This document shows, piece after piece, positions 1 to 9,780 of a stretch of DNA of 64,000 nucleotides (position 1 is its first letter; every line of letters begins with the position of its first letter). The notes below the pieces were generated by a model. It was not told the DNA's origin. It saw nothing but the letters and a program-made list of their open reading frames with translations, and made no database searches. The translations under genes and the position numbers were made by a program. The DNA is from Actinomycetes bacterium. Its GTDB lineage: Bacteria; Actinomycetota; Acidimicrobiia; Acidimicrobiales; JAJZXF01. The DNA is taken from NCBI GenBank assembly GCA_021791755.1, contig JAJYWA010000002.1:4007-68006 (forward strand), written 5' to 3'.

Positions 1-878
1 TCGATCGCCTCGTTGCGCTCGGCCTTGGCAGTGTGACGGACAGCCTTGGCCAGATCCGCTTCGACAATCTCGACGACTGCGTCGAGCACGTCATCTGCAT
101 GACCCGAGAACAGCTCGTACGCGAGCGGCGCCTTGGCGCCCGCGACATCGACCAGCTTGCGTTGGAGATCGATCGACTCCCTTATCCAAAGCTTCGCTGC
201 TTCGAGCCCCTCCACCACAACCTCCTCTGTGACCTTCGGCGCTCCGGCGGCGTAGTACTCGAACGCGCGCTCTGTGCCGCCGGCCTCGACCATCATGATC
301 GCGACATCTCCGGCGCCGGTCTCGCGGCCCGCGACCACCATCTCGAACGTCGAGGCATCTCCCTCCTGGTAGGTCGGGTGAGGGAGCCAGGTCCCATCAA
401 CCGAGTAGGCGACCCGCACAGCTCCGATCGGGCCCTCGAACGGCATCCCCGAGATCATCAGCGCCGCTGATGCCGCGTTGATCGCGAGCACGTCATGAGG
501 GTTCTCCTGGTCTGCCGCGAGGACGAGGCCTACCACGTGGACCTCGTTTCGAAAGCCCTTGGGGAAGGATGGTCGCAGCGGGCGATCTATCAACCTGCAC
601 GTTAGGATCGCCTGGTCAGTGGCCCGCCCTTCCCGCCTGAAGAACGAGCCAGGGATCTTCCCAGCTGCGTACATCCGCTCCTCCATGTCCACCGTCAGCG
701 GGAAGAAGTCGGCGCCCTCCCTTACCTTCCTCGATGCGGTGGCGGTCACCAGCACGACTGTGTCGCCGAGACGGGCGGAGACCGCTCCATCGGCTTGGCC
801 AGCCAGCTTCCCAGTCTCGAACGAGAGTGTTCGCTCGGTGCCGCTTACCTGGGCCGATACAACTATGGCGTCTGACAT
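1..878 (-). CDS. pnp: Polynucleotide phosphorylase (PNPase), N-terminal part; the 3' end runs off the left edge of the window
   Basis: It is absent from the ORF track because there is no stop inside the window. My reverse-strand translation from the ATG at 878-876 gives MSDAIVVSAQVSGTERTLSFETGKLAGQADGAVSARLGDTVVLVTATASRKVREGADFFPLTVDMEERMYAAGKIPGSFFRREGRATDQAILTCRLIDRPLRPSFPKGFRNEVHVV..., the typical PNPase first RNase-PH domain. It lies immediately downstream of rpsO, the conserved arrangement. Confidence 0.9.
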   Translation of the reverse strand, partial: MSDAIVVSAQVSGTERTLSFETGKLAGQADGAVSARLGDTVVLVTATASRKVREGADFFPLTVDMEERMYAAGKIPGSFFRREGRATDQAILTCRLIDRPLRPSFPKGFRNEVHVVGLVLAADQENPHDVLAINAASAALMISGMPFEGPIGAVRVAYSVDGTWLPHPTYQEGDASTFEMVVAGRETGAGDVAIMMVEAGGTERAFEYYAAGAPKVTEEVVVEGLEAAKLWIRESIDLQRKLVDVAGAKAPLAYELFSGHADDVLDAVVEIVEADLAKAVRHTAKAERNEAI

Positions 879-1168
879 CTACTTCAGATCTCCTTCATCT
901 GTTCATGGACGCCGCCCAGCCAGTTCCCAGTCGTCAGCCACTCGAAGCGCGTACCGAGCCACTTGCATGCCCAGGTGCATCCGAGTGATCGGCGACTGGC
1001 AGCCGACCTTGATAGCGTCTCTATCCCTCTAATGCCTTCTTGTGTGTCCTGCTCGATTACTGTGAGCAATGCCTCGTATCGAACCGAGCGCCGCCTCGCA
1101 CCGCACAGGCGCCCAGCTCGGGCGCCCTGCCCAGCCAATTGGCGGGCTGCGAAGGCGCCCGTCGACAC

Positions 1169-1432
1169 CTACCGGCGTATCCCGAGCCGAGCGATGAGGT
1201 CGCGGTAGCGAGCCACGTCGTTGCTCTTGAGGTAGTCGAGGAGTCGCCGGCGGCGCCCGATGAGCATCATGAGCCCTCGACGCGTGTGGTGGTCTCCCAC
1301 GTGCGTCTTCAAGTGCTCAGTCAGGTGGTTGATCCGCTTGGTGAGCAGTGCCACCTGTACCTCAGGCGAGCCCGTGTCTGTTTCATGTGAGCGATATTCG
1401 GCAATGGTCGTCGCCTTATCGAGCATTTGCAA
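1169..1432 (-). CDS. rpsO: 30S ribosomal protein S15
   Basis: The 87-aa ORF reads ...[71 protein letters not shown], which is the S15 signature. It sits in the rpsO-pnp synteny. Confidence 0.95.
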   Translation of the reverse strand: MQMLDKATTIAEYRSHETDTGSPEVQVALLTKRINHLTEHLKTHVGDHHTRRGLMMLIGRRRRLLDYLKSNDVARYRDLIARLGIRR

Positions 1433-1548
1433 AGCAACCTCGGATGGTAGAGCTGGGGAACGCGATCAACGATGAAGGCTTTCGGAAACCAGCGAAACAA
1501 ACCTGTACGGCCAGCTCGGGCCAGCCGCCTGGAACCTTCGCCGTCATG

Positions 1549-2511
1549 CTAGCAGGCCCACGGCGGCGACGCGTCCACAAGCATGCTTCGGACAGCCGCC
1601 ACATCGGCCTGAATGCGCCTGGAAAGCTCCTCGGGACTCGAGAAGCGCTCCTCGTCTCGGGTTCTCTCGACGAACGCAACCTGTGCCTTCTCTCCATACA
1701 GGTCGCCCTCGAAGTCGATCAAGTGCGCTTCGAGCACAAGCTCTGCAGGACGCGATGTGAAGGTCGGACGTACGCCGAGGGATATTGCGCAGCGGTGCAC
1801 AGAACCGGAGCCCCTCTTGTACCACCCCGCGTAGATGCCATTACCCGGGAGCATGATCCCCGCAGGCGCCGCTACGTTGGCAGTCGGACAGCCGAGCACT
1901 GGTCCTCCGGTTGAATCGCCGTGCTCTACGATGCCCCTGACCTCGTGCGGACGACCAAGCAACCTTGCCGCCTCTGCAACCCTACCCCCGGCGAGAAGGC
2001 GCCTGATCCTAGACGATGACACGATCTCACCATCGTCCGTAGACGTAAGCCCCACTCCGACGACCTCCAACCCCAGTGCTCCGGACATCTTCTGCAGCAG
2101 CTCGACCGAGCCTTCACGATCGCGGCCAAAGTGGAAGTTGGCGCCGACCACCACAAGACGCGTCCTGAGCGCGGATACCAGAAAATCGGTTACAAAGTCC
2201 TCAGCGCGCTCTTCGGCGCGCTGAGCGTCGAACGTCACTAGGACGGCATAGTCGACGCCGGTCTCGCTTAGAAGCTCCATCTTGTGCGCGACATCGGTCA
2301 ACAGCATCGGAGCCGACTCAGGGCGGACGATTGAGGCGGGGTGACGGTCGAATGTCACCACCGCGGTCGGGAGCCCGGAAGAGCGAGCCCGTGCACGCAG
2401 CTCGCTGATGAGACGGCGATGTCCCACGTGGAGGCCGTCGTACGCTCCGATCGTCACCGCGAGTCCTTCGCTGGGTGCGTCGAAGGAGCCGATGTCCCTC
2501 ACTACCTCCAC
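1549..2511 (-). CDS. ribF: Bifunctional riboflavin kinase / FMN adenylyltransferase
   Basis: 320 aa. The N-terminal part carries GAYDGLHVGHRRLI (nucleotidyltransferase HxGH). The C-terminal part carries GFPTAN-like GCPTANV...GIYAGW...EAHLIDFEGDLYG (riboflavin kinase). Confidence 0.9.
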   Translation of the reverse strand: MEVVRDIGSFDAPSEGLAVTIGAYDGLHVGHRRLISELRARARSSGLPTAVVTFDRHPASIVRPESAPMLLTDVAHKMELLSETGVDYAVLVTFDAQRAEERAEDFVTDFLVSALRTRLVVVGANFHFGRDREGSVELLQKMSGALGLEVVGVGLTSTDDGEIVSSSRIRRLLAGGRVAEAARLLGRPHEVRGIVEHGDSTGGPVLGCPTANVAAPAGIMLPGNGIYAGWYKRGSGSVHRCAISLGVRPTFTSRPAELVLEAHLIDFEGDLYGEKAQVAFVERTRDEERFSSPEELSRRIQADVAAVRSMLVDASPPWAC

Positions 2512-2558
2512 AGGGGTATCCCTGCACCGTTCCTAGACACTGAACGATACCTCATCGA

Positions 2559-4007
2559 TCAGCCAAGACCGCCCGTGCCGGGCGCATCTCCAGGCGTGGC
2601 GAGCACCACGATCGGAGCCACCATGTCGGGGCCCCTTTCTCCGTACACCGCAAGCAGATCGCCAAGAGCATCCAGCAACGACCATGGACCATCTCCTGAA
2701 AGTTGTAGGTCCGAGCGATCGAGGAGCCGACCTGAACGTACCTTCGCAGCTTCCTGCGGGCCAACTGTGACACTCGTATAACCGCGCATCGCCGCAGCCG
2801 GGGGCAGCACGTCAGCAATCGAGAGCTCCCCTACGCGACGCGCCTCGTCAAGGGAGAACGCACCGGCAGAGGTCCTGCGAAGACTCCTGACGTGTGCGCA
2901 GCCGCCGAGGAGCGCACCCAGATCCGCTGCCAGCGAGCGCACGTACGTACCCGAGGAGCACGTAACCTTGATCTGGAGGACCTGTGTCCCCTTCGTGGTG
3001 CGACCTTCGGGCGCTAGGTCCACATCGAACCGCGAGACCTCTACCCTGCGTGCCTCGCGCTCCACCTCGATGCCTTCACGGGCGAGCTCATGGAGCCTCC
3101 TCCCGCCTACCTTGAGCGCTGACACCATAGGCGGGACCTGAAGGATGGATCCGGTCAGCGCGGCCGCTGCCGCCCGTACCTCGTCGATCGGCACCTCTGA
3201 CATGTCGATCTCAGCGACCACGTCGCCTGAGGAGTCAAGCGTCGAGGTCCCCACCCCGAGCACCACATCGGCTTCGTAGGTCTTCGGCTGCGATCCTGTG
3301 AAGCGAAGCAGACGAGTGGCACGGCCCAAGCCAACCACGAGCACGCCGGTCGCATCCGGATCGAGGGTGCCGGCATGGCCGACCCGCTTGAGGCCAAAGA
3401 TCTTACGGCAACGCGCGACAACGTCATGCGAAGTCCAGCCTGCTTCCTTGTCGACTACTACCACCCCTGATACCGCTGACCGCTCGCTCCCAAGGCCGCG
3501 CAGAGCCACCTCCCGCGGTTGCGCAGAATCGCGGTCCTGGATGTCGGATGACTCCTGGTGAGAATGCGCGCCCCGCACCCCGGACTCCAGGTCAGGCTGG
3601 TCTGCAGCATGCAGACGCCTGATCGCCGCGTCCACCCGCTCCCCTGCAGCCACACTCGGGTCCGCGGCAAACCCGAGGCGGGGCGTACGTCTGAGGCGAG
3701 CCTGATCAGCAACCGCTCGCTGGAGCCGCCTCCGCTGCGCCTGCAGGCCCTGCAGGGCCTGCGCCGGCGCCGAGCTGAGCAGGACCGTAGCTCGAGAGAG
3801 ATCTTGCTCGCTGAGCACCGCTGTGACCGTCAGCATGCGCAGCCGCTCGTCAACATCAGCAAGGCGCTCTATCTCCTCAGAGACCACCTCGCGCAGCAAC
3901 TCGTTCACACGAGCCGCCCGCGGATAGCTATGAAGATGGTCATCAGCGCCCTCGCCGGCCCTTCTGCTTGAGTATTGAGAATGCCACCTCGGGCTAATGA
4001 TCATCAC
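2559..4007 (-). CDS. truB: Single 482-aa ORF joining an RbfA-like N-terminal part to a complete TruB (tRNA pseudouridine-55 synthase) part
   Basis: The N-terminal part, RAARVNELLREVVSEEIERLADVDERLRMLTVTAVLSEQDLSRATVLL, is RbfA-like. From GVVVVDKEAGWTSHDVVARCRKIFGLKRVGHAGTLDPDATGVLVVGLGRATRLL onward it is the TruB catalytic core. No stop separates the two parts. Candidate internal truB starts are the V codons of VALRG or VSGVVVV. Confidence 0.8.
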   Translation of the reverse strand: MMIISPRWHSQYSSRRAGEGADDHLHSYPRAARVNELLREVVSEEIERLADVDERLRMLTVTAVLSEQDLSRATVLLSSAPAQALQGLQAQRRRLQRAVADQARLRRTPRLGFAADPSVAAGERVDAAIRRLHAADQPDLESGVRGAHSHQESSDIQDRDSAQPREVALRGLGSERSAVSGVVVVDKEAGWTSHDVVARCRKIFGLKRVGHAGTLDPDATGVLVVGLGRATRLLRFTGSQPKTYEADVVLGVGTSTLDSSGDVVAEIDMSEVPIDEVRAAAAALTGSILQVPPMVSALKVGGRRLHELAREGIEVEREARRVEVSRFDVDLAPEGRTTKGTQVLQIKVTCSSGTYVRSLAADLGALLGGCAHVRSLRRTSAGAFSLDEARRVGELSIADVLPPAAAMRGYTSVTVGPQEAAKVRSGRLLDRSDLQLSGDGPWSLLDALGDLLAVYGERGPDMVAPIVVLATPGDAPGTGGLG

Positions 4008-4187
4008 CTCCAGTGAGACAACCGCTCCACGGAGCGGACCACAGTGAACCGTCGCGATCCTTGGCGCTGGCTCGCACTAGGCGAGATGCACGCCAGCCGA
4101 GGCGCACACCGCGGGCTCCCCGACCCCCCCACACATTACCCGCTGGTCCAAGAGGCTGGAGCGCCAAACGGGCGCCGGTATCCCCGC

Positions 4188-7100
4188 TCACGTCGTTGCC
4201 GGCTCGACCTCGCGTTCCTCGTAGGTCTCGATCACATCGCCTTCATGAAGATCCTGGAAGTCAGAGAGACCAATCCCACACTCGAAGCCGGCCGCGACCT
4301 CACGGACATCGTCCTTGTGCCGGCGAAGTGATGAGACCGAGCCATTCCAGATCACCACGCCATCCCGCAGGAACCGCACCTTCGAACCACGCTTGATCAC
4401 CCCGTTTCGAACCATGCACCCAGCTATGGCGCCGATCCGCGGCACACGGAATATCGCCCTGACCTCCGCCTCGCCAGTTACGACCTCCTCGAAGGTTGGC
4501 GCGAGCAATCCCTTCATCGCCGCAGCGAGATCTTCCATCACCTTGTAGATGACCTCGTACGTGCGGATGTCAACCTTGCGCGCCTCGGCCAGCTCTCGTG
4601 CCCTGCGATCCGGCCTTACGTTGAACGCGATGATCGCAGCGTTCGATGCAGCAGCGAGCTGGACGTCGTTCTCGGTTACCCCGCCGACGCCGCGATGGAT
4701 CAGGTCCAACTTCACCTCATCGGTTTCGAGCTTTTGCAAGCTGTCGGTGATCGCCTCGAGGGAACCCTGCACGTCGGCCTTGAGAATGAGGTTGAGCGTA
4801 GAGACCTCTCCACTCTGGATACGGGCAAAGACATCCTCCAGCTTCGTGCCGGGCGCGACGCTCACGGACGCGAGATGCGTCGTGTGCCGAGCGCGCCTGT
4901 CTCTGGCTTCGGCAATCGCCCTTGCCACGCCCTGGTCGCCCACAACACGCAGCTCGTCACCGGCTACGGGGGGCTTCGAGAACCCGAGAAGCCGCACCGG
5001 CATCGCGGGGGGAGCTTCCTTCACGTTCTCGCCGCGATCGCTTACGAGAGCCTTGACCCGTCCCCACGCCGACCCCGCGACAACATAGTCACCAACCCGC
5101 AACGTTCCTGCCTGGACGATCACGGTCGCCACCGGCCCACGCCCAGTGTCGAGGTTTGCCTCCAGGACGATTGCGCGTGCAGCTATCTCCGGGTTCGCCT
5201 TCAGCTCCTCCACCTCGGCCACGACAAGCAGCTGCTCCAGAAGCGCGCTGACGCCAGTGTTCGCGAGCGCTGATACCTCAACCATAATGGTGTCACCGCC
5301 CCAGGACTCCGGGACGAGGCCGTGCTCGCTCAATTGCTGACGCACCCTGTCGGGATCTGCGGACTCGCGATCAATCTTGTTGATCGCGACCACGATCGGC
5401 GTCCCGGCGGCCTTTGCATGATCGATCGCCTCCACTGTCTGAGGCATGACACCATCGTCGGCCGCGACCACAAGAACCACGATGTCAGTTACCTGCGCTC
5501 CCCGTGCCCTCATAGCGGTGAATGCCTCGTGTCCCGGGGTATCGATGAAGGTGACGCCATGGCCGGTCACATCGACCTGGTAAGCGCCGATGTGCTGCGT
5601 AATGCCACCGGCCTCCTGAGCGACGACGTTCGTCTCCCGTACCCGGTCGAGCAGCATTGTCTTGCCGTGGTCCACATGGCCCATCACCGTCACGACCGGC
5701 GGCCTCGGCTTCATCGCCGCGACCTCTTCGGCATCATCCTTGTCAAAGTACTTGGCCTGCAGCGCAGCCTCGTCCTCTTCCCCAGCATCCACAAGTTGCA
5801 CCCTGGCGCCGATCTCGGCCGCGAAGATCTCGATCATCTCGTCGGGAAGGGACTGCGTAGCCGTCACCATCTCACCCTGGAGCAGCAAGTACCGTACAAC
5901 GTCGCCAGCAGAGCGATTCAGCTTAGGCCCAAGGTCCTGAGCAGTGCAGCCACGCTCCACAATCACCTCGTGGTCAGGCACTGGTGCATCCGACGCTGTA
6001 TACGCTGTCAGCTGCGTGGGCTCGAGCTCTTCGAGCTGGCGCTTACGCCTGCGAGGCCTACGCTGCTGCTGACGCCCTCTGAGCAGCCCACCGCCCCTTG
6101 GCCCACCGGTGCCGCCGGGCCGCGCTGGGCCGGCCGGTGCAGCCGTTCCAACCCCAGGTCGCGGGCCCACGAACCGCCCGCCGGAGACCCCGCCCGGGCC
6201 AGGCTGCCTGCCACCCTGCGTCCCTCCGGCGCCGCCGGGCCTTCGCTGCGTTGATGCGCCGTTCGAGTACCCAGGCCTTCGATCTCCAGGCCCCTGCTGT
6301 CCCACACCACGGTACCTGCTGCCGCCCGGACCTCGCTCAGGCGTCGCGCCCGAGAGCGGTCTCCGTACGCCGGGCGGAGGCGGTATCGGCTTGCCGGACA
6401 ACGACCGCGGTGGACCGGCGGGACCCGCAGAAGATTCGCGCGCCGGTGGGGCCTGCGGAGCACCTTCGGAAGGCGAGGCTGCTCTCCGGGTTGACGGCCC
6501 TCCTTGACCAGGCCGTCCAGCGCTAGCTGCAGATGCAGGAGGGGGCCCGCTCGCGTGGTGGACGCCAGCTTCTACTGTCGGTCGTTCTCGCTTGGCTGCC
6601 GGAGCGGGCCGGGCAGAAGGGGCGGGCTCGGGCGCAGCGGCGGGCTCGGTCGCAGCGGCGGGCCGGGCAGAAGTGGGTTGGGTCCGAGCGGCGGGCTCGG
6701 GCGCAGCGGCGGGCTGGGTAGGAGCGGGTTGGGTCCGAGCGGCGGGCTCGGGCGCAGCGGCGGGCTGGGTAGGAGCGGCAGTGGGCGGCGCCGCGGCTGC
6801 AGTTTGCTGCTCGGCATCGCCTACTGCAGGAGGCTTCGCCTTTCTCTGGCGCTTTTCAGACAATCCAGCGGCTGCGTCGTGAGTCGGTTCTGAGAGCGGC
6901 TCGTCCTGCGGGCTCTCGGGCGCCTTTCGACGAAGCCCCTCGCGGTCGGCCTTGCGCCTGGCGCGGTCGGCCTGTGGCTCCTCGATGCTTGAAGAGTGGC
7001 TCTTTGCCGCGATGCCAAGAGACGCGCAAAGGTCCAAGGCCTCCTTGTTGCTGAGGCCAAGCTCTTTTGCAAGCTCGTACACCCGAATCCTATTTACCAA
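4188..7100 (-). CDS. infB: Translation initiation factor IF-2 with a long Pro/Ala-rich repetitive N-terminal region
   Basis: 970 aa. The start is TTG at 7100-7098, preceded by AAGGAG. The protein begins [16 protein letters not shown]. The G-domain reads [16 protein letters not shown]...DTPGHEAF...NKID, and the C-terminal domains are conserved. Confidence 0.95.
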   Translation of the reverse strand: MVNRIRVYELAKELGLSNKEALDLCASLGIAAKSHSSSIEEPQADRARRKADREGLRRKAPESPQDEPLSEPTHDAAAGLSEKRQRKAKPPAVGDAEQQTAAAAPPTAAPTQPAAAPEPAARTQPAPTQPAAAPEPAARTQPTSARPAAATEPAAAPEPAPSARPAPAAKRERPTVEAGVHHASGPPPASAASAGRPGQGGPSTRRAASPSEGAPQAPPARESSAGPAGPPRSLSGKPIPPPPGVRRPLSGATPERGPGGSRYRGVGQQGPGDRRPGYSNGASTQRRPGGAGGTQGGRQPGPGGVSGGRFVGPRPGVGTAAPAGPARPGGTGGPRGGGLLRGRQQQRRPRRRKRQLEELEPTQLTAYTASDAPVPDHEVIVERGCTAQDLGPKLNRSAGDVVRYLLLQGEMVTATQSLPDEMIEIFAAEIGARVQLVDAGEEDEAALQAKYFDKDDAEEVAAMKPRPPVVTVMGHVDHGKTMLLDRVRETNVVAQEAGGITQHIGAYQVDVTGHGVTFIDTPGHEAFTAMRARGAQVTDIVVLVVAADDGVMPQTVEAIDHAKAAGTPIVVAINKIDRESADPDRVRQQLSEHGLVPESWGGDTIMVEVSALANTGVSALLEQLLVVAEVEELKANPEIAARAIVLEANLDTGRGPVATVIVQAGTLRVGDYVVAGSAWGRVKALVSDRGENVKEAPPAMPVRLLGFSKPPVAGDELRVVGDQGVARAIAEARDRRARHTTHLASVSVAPGTKLEDVFARIQSGEVSTLNLILKADVQGSLEAITDSLQKLETDEVKLDLIHRGVGGVTENDVQLAAASNAAIIAFNVRPDRRARELAEARKVDIRTYEVIYKVMEDLAAAMKGLLAPTFEEVVTGEAEVRAIFRVPRIGAIAGCMVRNGVIKRGSKVRFLRDGVVIWNGSVSSLRRHKDDVREVAAGFECGIGLSDFQDLHEGDVIETYEEREVEPATT
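6675..6776. repeat. Perfect 51-bp tandem duplication inside the infB N-terminal region (17-aa unit [17 protein letters not shown]-like)
   Basis: The string gggttgggtccgagcggcgggctcgggcgcagcggcgggctgggtaggagc occurs at 6675-6725 and again at 6726-6776. Related degenerate copies flank the pair. Confidence 0.85.
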
Positions 7101-7347
7101 AACTCTCCTTGCCTAGTGCCCGGCACAAGTTATCTCTAATCTCCACTTCCGTCTTCGTCCCCAACTTCCTTGCCTCACCGGCCACGATGGCCTTCATCTG
7201 TGAACCCCGCGTGCACGCGCCACGAGAGAACCTCGCCGCGGGTGCGATCCGCTCCACGCTGCTACAGCAGCCACGCGATGCAGGTACGACGGTCACCAGC
7301 AAGGTGACCGCTGCCAACCATGGTTCCTGGCCCCCACCACACCGCAC
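7090..7347 (-). CDS. Possible short YlxQ/L7Ae-like RNA-binding protein (weak call; start uncertain)
   Basis: It occupies the position that ylxQ holds in nusA-ylxR-ylxQ-infB operons. The tail VEIRDNLCRALGKES resembles the YlxQ ...LG.AIGKE... segment, and KAIVAGEA resembles the KLV.LA.DA segment. It overlaps the infB start by 11 nt. The similarity was judged by eye only. Confidence 0.3.
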   Translation of the reverse strand: MRCGGGQEPWLAAVTLLVTVVPASRGCCSSVERIAPAARFSRGACTRGSQMKAIVAGEARKLGTKTEVEIRDNLCRALGKESFGK

Positions 7348-7446
7348 CCCGTTGGAGCACGTCGAAACTCGTCGCGTGCATGTTCCTGGCGAACGATCCA
7401 GATGACGGCCTAAGCCTCACACAATCTTCCCACACTCCGGCGTTGC

Positions 7447-7743
7447 TCATTCCCGTGCCTCGGCGCCGTCCCAGCCCAGCAGCACACCCAAGCGATCCAC
7501 GGCCGCACTCGACACGGGCGCTCTCAGCGCCCTAGCAAAAGCCCCTTTGCGCTTCCCAACCGCGAGGCAGCGGAGCGAGCCTGCGCACAACCACGCGCCC
7601 CGACCGGGCATGCCAGGTCCCGTTGTCAGCTCGCCGTCGGACAGCCTCACCACCCGAACGAGCTCGCTGGCCGGACGGCATCTCCGGCATCCAATGCACG
7701 TGCGCAACTTTGAACCGCCAATGGCATCAGGTCCCTTGCGCAA
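7447..7743 (-). CDS. ylxR: YlxR family (DUF448) RNA-binding protein
   Basis: 98 aa carrying KLRTCIGCRRCRPASELVRVV...GRGAWLC, the YlxR signature. It lies between nusA and infB. Confidence 0.85.
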   Translation of the reverse strand: MRKGPDAIGGSKLRTCIGCRRCRPASELVRVVRLSDGELTTGPGMPGRGAWLCAGSLRCLAVGKRKGAFARALRAPVSSAAVDRLGVLLGWDGAEARE

Positions 7744-8932
7744 TTTCAGATGATCCGACCTCGTCTGGATCTTGCAAGGGCTCGTCTTCCCCTACTGGCG
7801 CATCCTGCATCGCCGGAAGATCCGCGGCCGCGCTAGAGCGAGACCACTCTTCAACCGAGACAGCGGCGCCGCCTCCGGCAGGCTGCCAGACCATCTCCCC
7901 CGATTCGCTCTCGATCCACTCGCCCTCCGCCCAGTCCGCCTCGACATACCCCGCGTCTTCCTCGGCAACCTGCGTCTCGGAGCGAATGTCGATCCTCCAA
8001 CCCGTAAGTCTCGCAGCAAGGCGCGCGTTCTGGCCTTCCTTCCCTATGGCGAGCGACAGCTGGAAATCATGGACAACCACCACGGCGACGCCCGTCTCCT
8101 CGTCGAGCCTGACCTCCTTGACACGGGCCGGCTGAAGAGCCCGCTTCACCAGCTCGGCTGGGTCGTCCGAGTAAGGAATGACGTCAACCTTCTCCCCACG
8201 CAGCTCATTCGTTACCATTCTGACCCGAGACCCGCGCGAACCGACGCATGCCCCGACCGCATCCACATTTGGGTCGTTCGACCACACCGCCAGCTTTGTG
8301 CGGTGACCTGGTTCGCGAGCAGCTGCCTTGATCTCCACCACACCGCTCGACATTTCGGGAACCTCGAGCTCGAACAGACGCTTGACGAGACCAGGATGGC
8401 TCCGGCTGACCACTATCTGCGGACCCTTCGTTGTCTTGCGAACCTCGACGATATAAGCCTTCAGCCTGGCGCCATGGTCGTAGCGCTCGAACGGCACCTG
8501 CTCCGCCTGGGGAAGAATCGCCTCCACTCGACCGAGATCTAGCAGGGTGTAACGATTGTCCGTCTGCTGGACAATGCCCGTGACGATATCCCCCTCGCGT
8601 CCTGCGTACTCCTCGTACTTGACATCGCGCTCGGCCTCTCGAAAGCGCTGAAAGAGCACCTGCTTGGCGGTCTGGGCCGCGATGCGGCCGAAGTCGTGCG
8701 GGGTATCGTCCCACTCCCGAAGAACATTGCCCTCGTCGTCGAGCTCCTGGCCATAGACCCGTATCTCACCCGACTCTGGATCAATGGTGACAACAGCCTC
8801 TTCGGCAGAGCCCGGACGCCTCTTGTACGCTGCCACCAGAGCATTGGCAAGCGCATCCAGCAGCGTGTCAACGGGGATCCCCTTCTCCTGGCCAATCTGG
8901 CGCAGTGCCTCCAAGAAGTCAGCGTTCGCCAT
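7727..8932 (-). CDS. nusA: Transcription termination/antitermination factor NusA, with an acidic Trp-rich C-terminal tail
   Basis: 401 aa. The N-terminal domain begins MANADFLEALRQIGQEKGI. S1 and KH domains are present (GDIVTGIVQQ..., VDVIPYSDDP..., LAIGKEGQNARLAARLTGWRIDI). Confidence 0.95.
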   Translation of the reverse strand: MANADFLEALRQIGQEKGIPVDTLLDALANALVAAYKRRPGSAEEAVVTIDPESGEIRVYGQELDDEGNVLREWDDTPHDFGRIAAQTAKQVLFQRFREAERDVKYEEYAGREGDIVTGIVQQTDNRYTLLDLGRVEAILPQAEQVPFERYDHGARLKAYIVEVRKTTKGPQIVVSRSHPGLVKRLFELEVPEMSSGVVEIKAAAREPGHRTKLAVWSNDPNVDAVGACVGSRGSRVRMVTNELRGEKVDVIPYSDDPAELVKRALQPARVKEVRLDEETGVAVVVVHDFQLSLAIGKEGQNARLAARLTGWRIDIRSETQVAEEDAGYVEADWAEGEWIESESGEMVWQPAGGGAAVSVEEWSRSSAAADLPAMQDAPVGEDEPLQDPDEVGSSEIAQGT

Positions 8933-8961
8933 GCTCGCGCTCCCCGCGTGCCGCCTGTATC

Positions 8962-8990
8962 GAAATGGAAACCGAAACGGAAACGGAACG
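8962..8990. repeat. Short hexamer tract (GAAACN x4-5 on plus, GTTTCN on minus) in the nusA leader
   Basis: The sequence gaaatg gaaacc gaaacg gaaacg gaacg lies 30-58 nt upstream of the nusA ATG (8932). Confidence 0.6.
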
Positions 8991-9217
8991 CCTACCTACC
9001 TGCGGCCACCCGCCGAACGGCAACGAACAACCACGAGCACCAGGACAACGGAGCGCACGACGCTCCATGCGTGCTGGACGAATAACTTCATCGATAGTCA
9101 TCACATGCATTGCCACCTCCTCACTCCCTTCGTATGCCTGATGCTCCATATAACTCCTGAACGGTCGCGAACTATGCTCGAACGTCACGGTTGACAACAC
9201 CTACGGTCACGCGCGCG

Positions 9218-9249
9218 CAAACCAAAAGCGTGGGCACTCCGCCCACGCT
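9218..9249 (-). terminator. Intrinsic terminator reading on the minus strand
   Basis: A perfect 9-bp stem, agcgtgggc / gcccacgct, with loop actcc spans 9227-9249. On the minus strand it is followed by TTTTGGTTTG (plus-strand 9218-9226). Confidence 0.7.
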
Positions 9250-9780
9250 TCGTCGAGAACTTCCATCGAACGGCAGGGCAAGTATAGCAGCGCCTCCGGC
9301 CCCGAGGTATGATTAGCTCTGCGCAGCTACTTGGTGTCCAGCGCCATTGGTTGCTGCCTCGAAAAGCGGTGCAGGTGAAGGGTGGAGGCTTGACGCTAGG
9401 CCGAAGTTCCCCCCGGTGGAAGGAGAACGAAGCCACTATCACCTCGACTAACTGGACTTTCGCGCTCGGGCGCCGGTTAGGATACCTCTACGAGGCGATG
9501 GACGAGTCCTGCTCAGCAAAGGGGGCGATCGAACCGCAGCATGGTAAGCCCGTGCACTCCTTCACGACGCTTTTCCCCGATCTCGCCACCGTGTGCCTCA
9601 ACACCGTGACGCCGACCGACCCAGTGCTTCGCAGCCTCAGCGACGTGACCACCCCGACTCCCGTCCAGCACCGAGCCTTCGATCTACTGGTGGTTTCCCA
9701 CCAGATCGCTGCCCTGTAGTCAGGATTGGTCTCCGGCATGACCAAACTACCTGTTCACGTGATTTGGATCCATGTTTTTT
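9250..9780 (-). ncRNA. Candidate structured non-coding RNA or leader of unknown identity (boundaries approximate)
   Basis: No convincing ORF is present in any frame. The region ends at the intrinsic terminator above. It contains a hairpin at 9681-9707 that is capped by a GAAA tetraloop on the minus strand. Motif checks for tmRNA, RNase P, SRP RNA and the cobalamin riboswitch all failed. Confidence 0.25.

Noticed and set aside
884-1168. A 94-aa minus-strand ORF between rpsO and pnp
   Set aside because: It fills the rpsO-pnp spacer exactly, and that spacer is normally an untranslated regulatory leader. The composition is Ala/Arg-rich and I see no family resemblance.
5322-6893. Plus-strand ORFs inside infB, including one with GLGRSGG repeats (6504-6893)
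   Set aside because: They lie antisense to the IF-2 G-domain and to its Pro/Ala repeat region. The repeat is the reverse-complement reading of the 51-bp infB tandem units.
8919-9200. A 93-aa minus-strand ORF as the expected rimP upstream of nusA
   Set aside because: It has no RimP-like motifs, overlaps the nusA start in another frame, and spans the AT-rich leader and part of the terminator flank.
9250-9780. tmRNA, RNase P RNA, SRP RNA or a cobalamin riboswitch in the ORF-free region
   Set aside because: I checked both strands by eye.
- For tmRNA there is no GGGG...TTCGAC 5' end, no ...GGTTCGATTCC...CTCCACCA 3' end, and no ...ALAA tag frame.
- A GAAAGTCC string exists, but the other RNase P elements (GGTAAGGGTGAAA, ACAGAACCCGGC) are absent and too little sequence follows it.
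- There is no SRP GGAAGCAGCC motif.
- B12-box-like GCCGGAGACC and AGCACTGG strings occur in the wrong order.
The region is kept only as an unassigned candidate.
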